A stretch of 64,000 bases of DNA, taken from assembly GCA_900617105.1 (NCBI GenBank), contig UYFQ01000843.1:1-64000 (forward strand). Direction: 5' to 3'. This document shows positions 11,301 through 23,700 of this stretch, one piece after another. Position 1 is the stretch's first letter, and each line of letters starts with the position of its first letter. The notes below the pieces were generated by a model that worked only from the letters and a program-made list of their open reading frames with translations, did not search any database and was not told where the DNA came from. The translations under genes and the position numbers were made by a program. The stretch comes from Hydrurus foetidus. Lineage: Eukaryota.

Positions 11301-12887
11301 GTATGGATAATCTTGATCCGTATGGATCTGATCATCGATGCATCTGACTGCTTTAGTCGAGATGACTTGACCAACATCGTAGTTGTTGGTCCATCTCTGG
11401 GAGTGTTCGAAAAACTCCCGTGCTGCCTCCTGTCCAATAATGCCAGACGCATTCACGTTGAGAACGTAAAGTACCGTCTGAAGGGCAATAGCGGATATAG
11501 GCCGGGAACCATCATCCACAGCACGGCCACCCACTACAAGCGCTGTAGGGGTCGCACTGGGTGTGGCAACCTGTACCGCGGGTACGTTGATCGGTGACGC
11601 ACGATCATGTATGTACTGTGGTATCGGTGGTCGTACCGGGTGCGCTGCATTGGGGTCGGGACCGCCCCCTGCAGCTTGCGCACGGAACGCTGCTGTTTGC
11701 AGCTCGTAATCGATAATACGATCAGTTGCGGGCAGCACCACGATGTCTGGAGGATCCAGGAGGAGTGGGTTAAAAACCCGAATGTCCCGTAGGATCTCCT
11801 GGATGACTCGTTGGGGCTGAGGATTATAATCCGTGTCACCAATGAACGTACGTACGTACGTAGGGCGTTCCGGTGACCCTGGTGGGGAAGCTTGTCGCTT
11901 GCGTGACGTGGGACCCTCTTGAGGAGGGGACGCGCGTTGACGACGAGCGTCCGCTGTGTGGGTTAATGTCCCCACATTATCGCGACTCTCGAGCAATCTA
12001 GAGTTGTCGGTAGCGCGTACGGTCGTACGTGGAGTCGTACGACTCTCAGTCGCACGTTCGTCCTCATATTGGCTTTCGTTGTACTGACGACTCTCGGTAT
12101 TACGATTGCCCCTGTTTGAGGTATTTTGTTGGCGACGATCGTCCCCTTGATGATATTCCCTTGGGGGACTGTCATCGTAACCCTTTGGGGGTTCTCTACG
12201 ACTTCTCCTGTTGGAGTTGTTATCTCCCTGACGGAAGTTGTCGTCGCGAGAATTATCGAAATTACGAGTATTCGTCGAATAATTCCCTCTGTTTGGGTTG
12301 TCATTACGACGAGAATCCTCGTAATTACGGTTATCCCTTTGGCGGTTATCGTTGTGACGCTGGAAGGTGTCTCTGCGATTATCCCTGTTAGGGTTGTCGT
12401 CTTGTTGACGATGGTCGTTATCGCGACGCCAGTCATTCTGACGTGGGTTGTCGTCGTTGCGACGATTGTCGCTGTTGCGCCGATCGTCGTATTGACGTCT
12501 GTTATCGTCGTTGAATTGGGTGTCGTAACCGCGACGTCCATCATTGTCGTAGTTTTAACTATCGTCATTCTGACGGTAATTGTCGTCATAACGACGATTA
12601 TCGCTCTGACGTTGATTGTTGTCATTACGGCGATCATCGTTATATTGACGTCCGTCGCTATCGCGACGGTTGTTGTTACGTTGCTCCGTCCCGTATGAAG
12701 AGCCCGTATTACGGTTGTCCCTGGGAGGGTTGGAGTCATCGTAGTTACGACGATGATCGTTCATCTTTAGAAAGTTGATTATCGTTATTGTTTCTATTGT
12801 ACTGGCGTTGGTTATTATCGTCATCACCGTCTTCGCTACCACTCTGTTGATTTGGAGTGGGCGGATAATCGCCTGCGTCGTCTCCTT

Positions 12888-13055
12888 TGTGGTCGGATCG
12901 ATCCATCCGATCCTACCGCCTACTGTACACATACATCTCTAGCGCAGCTGCTAGCTAGCTCTAGCCTACTCGTAGAAGTTTATCCTAGCTTCTAGCTTAG
13001 ACTGTAACTAACTAACACCTCCATCTCTATCGACCTACTTCCTATCCGGACTACA
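12888..13055 (+). repeat. 5' LTR of Gypsy B
   Basis: Direct repeat of 19392-19598 with a 39-bp internal deletion and a few substitutions. Confidence 0.95.
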
Positions 13056-13617
13056 ATAGCGCTATTAGTCCACTCTTTTCTCTGCTACTTCTCATTCCAT
13101 CTACTCGTCCCAACCTGTAGATAAGACTTCTGAGCTTCTGCTCAACGACTTTCGAGCCGTTTTCTTCTGCAGCCATTGGCTCAGAAGACCTAGTCTAAGT
13201 TAGAGAAAGTCAGATTAACTGCTTTCTTGGAATCCCCGTGCATTGGGCTCTTCCAAACTTGACATTTTGGTCGAAGTTGATTTATCCTTCCCAGAAGTCA
13301 TTTAAGACTTGCTCCGCTGGTCGATTGAATCACAGATTCATCACCAGAGACACAAAGTTAGTCTACAGACTTCTTTTCGTCGACGTTGAGCAACGTCTTC
13401 TACCTTAAAGGTATCCCATATTTTCTACCACTCTAAATTTGGCTTTCACGCCATAGAACTTTTCAGTTCAAGAGTTGGTTAGAATCTCTCTATTCGTTGT
13501 TACTGACGTTACAGTACCCGTTTGTGAACGAGGCGAAGCTCTTGAAAAAAAATTCTGAGCAGGGGTTATCGATCTCCATTGACTTTCAGTGAGATTTACA
13601 TCGATAAGTGATTAGAC

Positions 13618-16600
13618 ATGTCATCACCACCTAACCCAAACCCTGATCCATCTCCTGAAGAGGAGGAGATTGCACGTCTGGCAGCTTTAGCCGCGCTCAA
13701 CGAGTCGACTATCTCAATGTCGAACTCGCTGTTCCCAGCTTTCCCCTCGACGATGCAACTCCAGGGTGAGGTGTTCGTCCTCAGGCATAACTTCATTGAT
13801 GAAGCTGATGCGACTGAGTTCTACGAACAGGCTCAGAGGTACCCGTTGATGAAGCTAACCGATTGCATGCAGAAGCAGGCAATCGAATGCTTAATTTCAG
13901 GATCATGATCGATCCTGAATTTAACATCATCGATAGACGACAACGCCATGATTGGCAGACTAAATTGTCGGTACTTCAGGTAGCCAAAAACTGATAATAA
14001 AGTACTTCTCGCCAAATGGTTTGGGAGAATGTACTCTGGCAGAGAGCTTTAGCCAAGTTCCTTTCCATTATCAGATCGCTAACCACGATCATGAGAATGC
14101 CACATTCGTACGTTACAACGAACTTGTGAGCACTTATGAGAGGTCTAAGGGACCATTATCAGAGACTCAGCATGCTGAGCTCATATTGATTTTGGAGAAG
14201 CGCCTAGCTAAGGGTAGTCAAATCCAACAGGATTACCTGAAAGCGAAAGCTGCTGACAATACCCCACCTCATACGTGGTATTCGACTATGCTACGCATTG
14301 GTCAGGTTCTTGCCGAGGCTAGGGCAATGATGAACCTCATCAAAAGCTATGGCAACCCGGAGACGGTGTACTCGTTTCCTGCATCAGCAGTTCCACCAGA
14401 CGTTGGTAAGAAGGAGACGAGTAGAGCGAGTGCTAAAGCACCCTCACCTACACCCTCCGCTTCGTCGAGATCAGTCACTGCTACTGTGCGTACCCCTAGC
14501 TCGTACGTTCCGACGCAGCACGGACTCTCTGTCCGTGCTTCCACGGAAGTACCGCTCGTACCGATGTTTCGTCCGTGCCGGTCGTGCGGAGCTACGTCGC
14601 ACACGTTGGCAGACTGCCCCATCTTGTATTACTCCGACTCCAACACGAATCACCAAGTTGAGTGGGAGAGTTCTACAGTGGGGATGGCTTGGGCCGCGGT
14701 GGGGTACTCTGAATGGCAACTCAACCTCGTCCTTCCAGGATACGAGGAACGAGTTCAGTTCTACCCCAGAGGTTCTAAACCTTACTTGATGTGTAACGAC
14801 AACAAGCGCGCCAAGAACAGCCATGGTTCTGGGAACCACTCCAACACCTCGGATGGTTCAGATCGTTCCAACCAGGGTCAAGGGGGAAACTCCCAGAACC
14901 AATCTGGTTATGGTAACCAGGGGGGTGGTAGAGGTAAGCAAAGGGGAAATCAAAACCCCAATGCGAACCAATACCAGGGCCGTGGGTCCGGCGGTAAGGG
15001 TAAATACAATCCCCCGCAGGGACACAACCCTCCTCCCAACACTCAGCCGGGACAAAACCAGGGTAAGAACCTTGCCCATGACTGTGTGGCTGCCACTTTC
15101 GATGATGATGTCTTTAATCTGACTGATGATCATCTCGAAGTGCAGCCACTTGTACCTATTCGTGAAGAATTCTTACATACCCCTTCCACCCTCGCTTCTC
15201 ACCACCTTAACGTTACGGTTATTGTGCAGGATAAGGACAGGACAGGCCCAGCTAGCGAGCTGCGCGCCGCGGGGAAGGCCGTAATGGATACGGCCAACTA
15301 TTCTGACAGTTTTATTTCATATGACATGATTGAAAAATTAAATGCTACTCACTTATGTTATCCTGCTCTTAAAGCCATAACTGTTTGCAGCGGTCTCGAT
15401 GGCCAATGTTACCTAAATAACGAAATTTGCGATTTAAAAATCCTTTTTCATTCTTACGATGGTGAATGCCATAGCATCAGCCTACCCATGAGGGTCAATC
15501 GGAAAACCGACATCGACATTTTATTTAGCCGTGAAACGGTAAATAAGTATGATTTTTGGACGTTAACTCCGTTTGCATTCGGCATTTCTCCTGAGCTAAG
15601 TGCTGAGAATAAGAGAAAGAGCGATGCTCGCAGACGCGAATTCGAAAGAAAAGAAGCTTTGGATAAACTCGATCCGTTGTTTCAACACAAATATACGCGT
15701 CGTATGATAGCGTTGGGTACCGAACCTGATACAGCCGTAGTCGAGTCTTTAACACCTCACTACGACAAGCTGAAATATCCAGGCGGTAAACCACCCTCTA
15801 AAAAGAGAGAAACACACGGATCTAACGAGTATCCAAACAAGAAGAGCATATTGCATGGTCAATCTTCTTCGAAGAGCAACGTCTCTTGTGTCCATACAAT
15901 GTCGACATGTAACGATACTCAGATGGAAATCGAGGGAGTCGCGACCCAAGATCCCTGTGGTGTTGTAGGTTGTGAGCGACTGAATAGTGTCACTACTATT
16001 CTCGCAAAACGTACGGGTGATACACCGCACCTAGGTGGCGACCAGATTCCCACCCCTACAAACACTTCTGAGGACTCTGATACCTTAGACTATGTCACTG
16101 AGCCTTTATGGCCCAGTGGTGTCGCACTCTCAGTTGACGAGATTGACGATGGCAAGATAGATACGTTTGCCCCCTTCTTGGCGGAGAAACCTAGTCAAGA
16201 TGACTTGCCCAAAGGGCCAGAGGATTTCCTCAACGAGATTACCTTTGAAGGAGATGAAAGCTTTCAAAGGAAGCTCCGAGAGCTCTGTTCTGAATATTCA
16301 GACATCTTCAGTGATCAATTAGCTGAGAAACCAGCGTCACTTAAACCCTTTGAGATTAACATCCCACTTGAGTTGTGGGAAAAGACGAAAACCGTACGCC
16401 GGTACGTCCCCAGTCATCAACGAAAGAGGTTGCTCTCAAAGAAAACCTTGACGAGATGCTTGCATCAGGGGTTATAGAGCGATCAGATGCCGCTTATTAC
16501 AGTCATCCTGTAATAGTAACTAAGTCACCCGGTAAATTTCGAACCTGCATCGATTACCGGCCACTTAATAGGTGTCTTAAGCCGGCCTCATTCCCGTTAC

Positions 16601-19049
16601 CAAATATCAAACACCTCTTTGAGAGGATCGGTAATAAAAAACCGGATATTTTTGGTGTGATGGATTTAACCGCTGGTTACCATCAAGCACCGTTACACCC
16701 CGCACACCGCATTTTTACGGCATTCATATGCTTTGCGGGGGTATTTCAGTTTACGAGACTGCCCTTTGGTCCGTGTCGAGCCCCCTCTTACTTTCAAGAG
16801 CAGATGGTAACGGCGGTCCTCTATGGCCTTATCTATCATTGTTGTGAGATGTATCTCGACGATTGTATAGTATATGGCAAGGGTGAAGCAGAGTTTCTAA
16901 CTAACTTGAAAAAAGTTTTGAGAGATTTAGACTTAAGGGTCTAAGACTCAAAGCTAAAAAGTGCCGTTTCGGCCTTCCACGTATTGAATACGTTGGCAGA
17001 GTCGTTGACAAAGATGGTTTATCCATGTCAAAAGAAAAGATAGAAACAGTTTTAAACTTTTCTATACCTAAAAATTTAACCTTACTCAGGTCATTTTTAG
17101 GTTTAGCAAACTATTTTCGACAGTTTGTACCAATGCACTCCACTTTGGTTAAGCCAATGCAGGATATGATTGATCACTCTGCTCCGAGACGTTCTGCTGT
17201 AGTTTGGACTCAAAAGAGCACCAACTCATTTGTTGACACAAAGATTGCTATATCTCGTTGTCCATTAATGTACTTCATTGATGACAATAAGTTAGACATC
17301 CGCTTGTATACAGACGCGTCCGACTTTGGTATCGGTGGTGTCTTATTCCAAGTTGTTGGTGCCATTTGGCAACCAATTGCTTTCATTAGCAAATCGTTGA
17401 CACCCACACAAATAAGGTGGTCTACGATACAAAAAGAGGCTTATGCCATCTTCTATTGTTGTACACAACTCGATTATCTAATCAGAGATCGTACGTTCAC
17501 TATCCATACGGATCATTTGAACATAACATATATGAAACAAAATCCTACCTCAATGGTGGCGAGATGGTTCATTGCTATGCAAGAACTAGATTTTACCGTG
17601 GTATTCGTACCCGGTACTTCGAATGTTTTGGCAGACGCACTGTCAAGGCTTTGTCCTAATCTGACAGAAATTGCTCTGCCATTACGAACAGAAGAATTGG
17701 AATTACTTCCTACTTCATCATCGTCTTTCACTGTATCAGCTCTGACGGTCATAGAACCGGCTTCAGACGATCAGTTAGAATACATTCAAATGTGCCACAA
17801 TGCAATTGTCGGTCACAACGGCGTAGACCGTACCCTTACTCGGTTGTTTAGTTTACAACAAGTATGGAAACACATGAAACAACATGTACGTACGTTCATA
17901 CAGAACTGTCCGTGTTGTCAAAAGTTGAGTGCAAAAGATCCTAAGATCAATGCGTCTCATTTTGCAACTTCAAATTATGCTATCTTCGATACGCTAAATG
18001 TTGACTATATTGGTCCATTTCCTGACAAAGGTTATATCCTTGTCATCATCGATACATTCACACGATGGACAGAATTGTTCTGGTGTGCAGACGCAGATGC
18101 TAAATCAGCAGCTGACTGTTTGCTTGCGCATTTTGGTCGATTTGGATCACCAAATATGATTAGATCTGATCGAGGATCACATTTCGCAAATGAATTGATC
18201 AAAGAATTCTTAGATCTTTGTGGAACACCACATAATCTCACCCTTGCTTACTCGAAACAAGAGAATGCAATTGTTGAAAGAGTCAACAAAGAGGTGAATA
18301 GACACTTAAGAGGTTTAGTTTTTGATAAACAAACCCTTGAGGGATATGCTAAGTCAATCCCATTCGTGCAACGTATCATTAACGGTTCAGTTAATAGACG
18401 CACAGGTGTCTGCCCCGCTCATTTATTGTTCGGGAACAAACTTGATTTGAATCGTGGTATTCTCACTCCACACTTAAGTGTCGGAACACATTCAAGATCA
18501 ACGTACATATCAGATTTGATAAGTGTACAAGACAAAGTACTTGAAACTGCGGTTCAAACTTTGTTAAAAGCGGATGCTAAAAACGCCGCGTCAGCTGAAT
18601 CAGCGACTGTGTTCCCCGTGGGGTCATATGTCTTATGCCGATACACTGATCGACCTCCAACTCGATTACATACTAAGTGGCATGGCCCTTACTGTATTGT
18701 CTCCTTTAAGGGGTCCGAGTACGTTCTCGCTAATCTTGTAAATCACAAGACACGAAGTGTTCACGTCAAAAATTTGAAAATATTCAATTATGACCCAGAG
18801 GTAGATATACCTGCTGACACTGCTCGTCGCGATTACATGGAGTTCGTGGTTGAGAAAGTTCTGGGTCACGCTGGTGACACCAAGAAACCGACTACAATGT
18901 CGTTCCATGTTAAATGGCTCAACTACGATGACTCTCATAATACATGGGAGCCGTGGAAATCACTACGGCTCTGTGAAGCACTCCATGATTATTTACGGGA
19001 TAATAAAATGAAACATTTCATTCCCAAAAACATTGAGACATCAGCCTAA
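13618..19049 (+). CDS. Gag-Pol polyprotein of Gypsy B (gag, CCHC knuckle, aspartic protease, RT, RNase H, integrase, chromodomain), broken by several frameshifts
   Basis: Knuckle CRSCGATSHTLADC; protease AVMDTANY; RT CIDYRPLN/MDLTAGYHQ/RLPFG/MYLDDC; RNase H LYTDASDFGIG..KEAYAI..HTDH; integrase H-H-C-C (CHNAIVGHNG..CPCC), VDYIGP, RSDRGSHF, NAIVERVN; chromodomain FVVEKVLGH...FHVKWLNYDDSHNTWEP. Split into ORFs 13618-13908, 14021-16477, 16375-16944 and 17025-19049. Confidence 0.92.
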
Positions 19050-19391
19050 GTTGCTGATCTCGAACGTATTATCTTTTGAAGATTTTTCCTAATTTTCCCT
19101 CTATGAGGTTTTATGGTTTTAGTCAGTAAAAATCTGACATAATTACGTATCGAGGTCTCGTGCGCAAGTACATGGTACTAGGCACCCACCTTATCGCCTT
19201 AGACCGACCCACCACCTAGTCTATTTGTATAGATTTTTATTTTTATACATTACAATTTTTTGAGATTTACGTTTTTGTCATCTTTTTCTTTATTCTTCCT
19301 TTAGTTAGTTTTAGCCTTATTAGATTTTTGTACAAAACATGGTGGTCGCGTCATAGGTTCTTTATTTCGGAAAAAAGATAAGTGGGGGTAA

Positions 19392-19598
19392 TGTGGTCGG
19401 ATCGGCTATACCGGGCCTACGGGCCGTACCGGACCTAGTCCCGATCCATCCGATCCTACCGCCTACTGTACACATACATCTCTAGCGCAGCTGCTAGCTA
19501 GCTCTAGCCTACTCGTAGAAGGTTATCCTAGCTTCTAGCTTAGACTATAACTAACTAACACCTCGATCTCTATCGACCTACTTCCTATCCGGACTACA
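19392..19598 (+). repeat. 3' LTR of Gypsy B (207 bp)
   Basis: TG...CA ends, preceded by the PPT and followed by the TSD CCTT. Confidence 0.95.
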
Positions 19599-20613
19599 CC
19601 TTCTAAAGAATTTCCCCGACGAATTATGTTTTCATAACTATCTTGGCCCTGACGACGGAGGAATCGTTGAGGGGGTGAATCTATACAGCGGTGAGGGTTC
19701 GTCTCACCGTCGTCATCATCCCGTTCAGCGTCGCTGTTAGGGTGCGTCTGTTGACGATTTGTGTTGGCGTCTGACGAACGCAACGTGACATTGTTATGTT
19801 GTCGCGTTGTGTGAACGTCATCGTCGTCATGACGATTAGGCGGCGCCTGATTGGAACTGTTGGTAGGTCCCAGTATTGTTACTGGGAATACCGGTCGGTC
19901 AGTTCTATCAGACGCAGCTATTGCTGCTGGCGCTGTTGGCGTCGACTGAGTTGTCGTAACCGTCGTCGCTGCCAGTACTGACTGAGCAGTGAATTCGGCT
20001 AGCGACGGCGAGATCTCCGAAGAGTCATCTGATGAAGGCATCGTTAAATGACTTATTTAATGACAATTTTAAGTAGCGAGGATCGCCAAAAAAATTTGCA
20101 AGAGCTTCGCCTTGTGCCGTTTGGATGATAAATCAAACAGGCAGTTAGGCGAAGCGCAATAAGTCAAGTGAGTTCTGGACGGATGAATGAATCATTCCGT
20201 ACAAAATGGCCCGGGATTGGGAGACTTGCTCGACCAACCACGATAACGGTGTGGAAGACAATGCTATCTACGGACGTCAATCAAGCAAAGCTTGAAGCGA
20301 GATATAGGCAGAGATTAACTGAGTTCCCTCTGCACAATGGTATGGGATTGCCGAGATGAAACTCGAGCAACCACAAAGTAGTCAAGTATCGGGAGACGAA
20401 TCTCAATCCGAGTGACTAGGTTTACGGCAACCAGACTTCGGAGACTTGCTCGCGACAGTAAGAATTGCCCGTGAACGAGAATTTCGAAATGAATTCGATG
20501 TTCTCCACGCAGGGTAATAGGGAGAGTTATGGTAGCAGAGTAGCGTAGAGAAGGATAGCTTAGAGTAGGGGGAATAGAGGCTAAAGAAGAGAAACGAGAG
20601 GAAGTAGATCTAC

Positions 20614-20774
20614 TGTGACCTCGGAGGGGGAAGAAGAGGGAAGTCTAAAGGCTAGAATAAGCTTGTTAGTTAGGGGGGAAACAGAAGGTACGCTAGTAAA
20701 TTCTGCAAAGCAGCACAAACTAGCTAGTGACTAATAGTCGTGGCTGTGAACACGAAGATACTAATGTGGAAACA
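20614..20774 (-). repeat. 5' LTR of Gypsy C (~161 bp)
   Basis: TG...CA boundaries lie between Copia RT sequence and the C leader. No second LTR is present to confirm them. Confidence 0.65.
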
Positions 20775-23700
20775 GCATCTAATCGGCTGAATGGGGTAGC
20801 AGACCCTGAGGGAGCCACAATGTCATGGGTTCGATGTCCCTGGGGCCATCGTGTCCGCGAAACACTAGTCGATCACTTTTTGCGTACTTTACGTATTGCA
20901 ATGGGTGTTTGAGGAATTTAATATGCCTTGGTCCAGGATTCTTACCATATCTGGAAAGTACATTGAGTGCATACAATATGCCGATCATGGTGTGAATCAT
21001 ACCGTACATTAATTGACCCACGACCCTCCTGTACGGGTACTTCGAACTCTACGTACGTTCCTCCAGGGAGGATGCGTTGTCCAGTTTCGACAATGCTGGT
21101 TCTTGGTCCCCAGTCGGGTATGGTAAGTGCATATCCTTAGCACCAGATATATTCGCTTCTTTTATTATAGAATTAATCATTCTATGTTGATCCATGTAAT
21201 AAGCGCCATCTTCATCACGTGAAATGCGAATGCCAACGATCTCCTTGTCAGTCGCGACGGTAACTTCGTATTTGTGTATACTGAATGTGGCAATGATAAG
21301 CTCCCACTCATCAAGTTTGTCTGGCGGACCAAACCACCTGAGGTCATCGCTATGTGCTATGATGAGAATGGGTCTACCATCCGATGTCCGTTTGCAAAAG
21401 AACTTAAAGTCTCATGGTGAGTTTTTATAACCACACTCTCGGATGCATTTGTCGAATTCTATGGAAACGTTTTGCCCTACAGGTGGGAATCCATAAAGAT
21501 CGCCTACAGCCTGAAGACAGTAACCGGGAGGGCATTCATATCCCTGATGGGTCTTGATATGCACAGGAAGTCTGCATTAGCCCTTGTGATGAGGTAAGCA
21601 CCGATGAGGTCACCACCTCTCATTATGAGTCCATATGCTGCTGCTATGTATACTGCCATCTTGATGGAACACGATGATACATTTCCGCAGTATACGGCGT
21701 CGGGGTCGAAGTCCACGAGTGGTATCATCATATCTCCCCGTCCCACTAAACGGGCCTTTTTCGTACCGTCAGTTTTTATACTGAAAAGCCACATCATTGG
21801 CACTAGATGTTGTTCAGTGTATGGTACTATTTCAAGACATCGATTTTTCTCAAATTTCTTTAACTTGGTGTCTCTTGCATTTTTCTATTCTGAGAGAACC
21901 ATAGCTTTGCAGAATGTTTTGGGTATGTTTACTGTTTCGAAATTTATGAATAGTTTATCGTGATGACTTGCTTCAATCAACGACAGAAACTGTTCATGAT
22001 TTTCGACTTGCGTAGAATACCAATAAATTGCATCGTCATTTTCAATGTTACGTATTGGTGTGTTAATACCAATATTACTTTCATTGATGTCGGATTCATT
22101 ATTAGGAATTAATCTGACAGGTTTTGAATCAAATGAAACTTGTTTTTGATTTGTTGATTTAACATTAATTTGTCTATTATTGTTGTACTAATTTTGGAAT
22201 GAATAATATTAATACGCACTGTATTGGGAATCGGTTTTTCTTTTAACTGTCTCTGAGGAGCTCAAGCTGCTAGAGGTACAGGGTGTATCGCAATAGCAGG
22301 AGTTGCAATTTGTTGTTCAGAATCATTTTGAACTAAAGCAGTAGCAGGTAGGACTGCAGAGATATCATTAATGATATTCTGGTGTAGGGAGGTATAATCA
22401 AGATCGGATGGGTACTCGTCCGTATCATTATGGTTAGTATCTTTACCGAAAATAACATCCTCACTTGTCCTAACTTTGCCGTAGATTCCGGTTGGACGTA
22501 TCTCGATGACCCTGAAGCTCGGTTCAAGCGCCCTGGATAGATCATACCCTGGATCATAACTATACCCTATGGATACTGATTTTGCCTTTCCTGTCTCCAA
22601 GCGCGATGTGCACCCAACATAAACTCCAGAAAATAACCTGAGAATCATAATAACCTGTTTGCCATTGATAAGATGGTATGGAGTAGTCTTGATAGTAGAG
22701 TGATAATAGAATGCGAGTGTAACGCATGTATACTCAAATGCCAAATCCCAATATTTCTGTGGCACCCTGATACCAAGGGGTTGCATGGTTATGTTGCACT
22801 TCATCGAAAGTACACCGACTGCACGCTCTGCAATTCCATTTGCATGTTTGTCGCGAGGAGGTGTCGGTTCCAATCTATATCCAAAGTTGTAAAGGCATTG
22901 GAGGAACTCCGCTGACCGGTATGATTTTTCAGCGTCGGCTCTGACAAATCGGTCTATGCCTGGAAGAGATGTCTTCCGCTCTGGATGCGATTGGAAGAGG
23001 GATGAGAAACTTTTGCAAAGTTCCGCAGCTCCCCGGTCTTTAGTGAAGCAGGGGTAGCTTCGTCTTGTAGACAAGTCTCTGACAATATCGCAGTACTTAA
23101 ATCTGGCCTGTGATCGGTGTGTATGTGTGTATGCGTCGAGTGTGAACTGTCTGCCATAACAAGGTGACGGTGGATGGTGAATACGAAGATGATTCGTTGA
23201 TGTCTGCCGCATCGTTCCTTGTACGCATGCTGAGCATATTGGCCTTTGAGTGGAGGCGTTCAAGTTGGAGTAGTTTGCTCCGATGGTGTGCTGCCAGTGC
23301 CAGGCCATACCCTCTTCGCCAGGGTGTCCGAGCACACGGCCGCCTTCTACCGTTCCGGTAATAATCGGGATTGCATTCTTCGACAAGGCTTGAAGATGTG
23401 GTATGACATCATTGGTGTGGAAGAACTTGCAGTCCTTTGTGGTGAAGACACCGATGAGACCCTGAGCACAAGTTTGGGAGACAGAGAGAAGCGTAATGAC
23501 CTTCATCTGATCGATGATGATCGTCTCGAGCATGAGTGGTGGGAGGAGTCCGGTCTCAGTTGGCTACAGTGACTCCCCGAAAGCTGCTGTCACGCAGCAG
23601 GATGTAAAATTGATGTTTACGAGCTTCGATTTGAGTTTTGTGCTGGATGTCGATGCTCCACTGTCAATGATAATGTGGTCTGCATCATTACTCATTGACA

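Larger units (their letters stand above)
12888..19598 (+). mobile_element. Full-length chromodomain-bearing Gypsy LTR retrotransposon B (6.7 kb), 4-bp TSD CCTT
   Basis: Near-identical LTRs at 12888-13055 and 19392-19598 (TGTGG...CTACA; the 5' copy lacks 39 bp). CCTT at 12884-12887 and 19599-19602. Polypurine tract ggaaaaaagataagtggggg at 19369-19388. Domain order gag-PR-RT-RH-INT-chromo. Confidence 0.96.
8320..20774 (-). mobile_element. Gypsy LTR retrotransposon C (5' LTR, long gag, protease, RT; 3'-truncated), split by insertion of element B
   Basis: 5' LTR 20774-20614 (TGTTTCC...GTCACA). Gag ATG at 20041; the frame reads through the B insertion site (NSLEG|DDAGDYPP). Knuckle CNLCGHRDHVFKSC at ~10750, protease ALLDTGS at ~9890, RT CIDFRPLN...MDLTFGYHQ...RLPFGL...MYLDDC at 8830-8500. 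Many frameshifts; ends at ~8320 before RNase H. Confidence 0.88.

Noticed and set aside
11963..12739. Thr/Val-rich mucin-like ORFs on both strands
   Set aside because: They are alternative frames of the R/D/N repeat region of Gypsy C gag.
16375..17025. Programmed ribosomal frameshifts in Gypsy B
   Set aside because: The shifts fall at several places inside conserved domains (start and end of RT, within gag) rather than at a single gag-pol junction. Mutation or sequencing indels are more likely.
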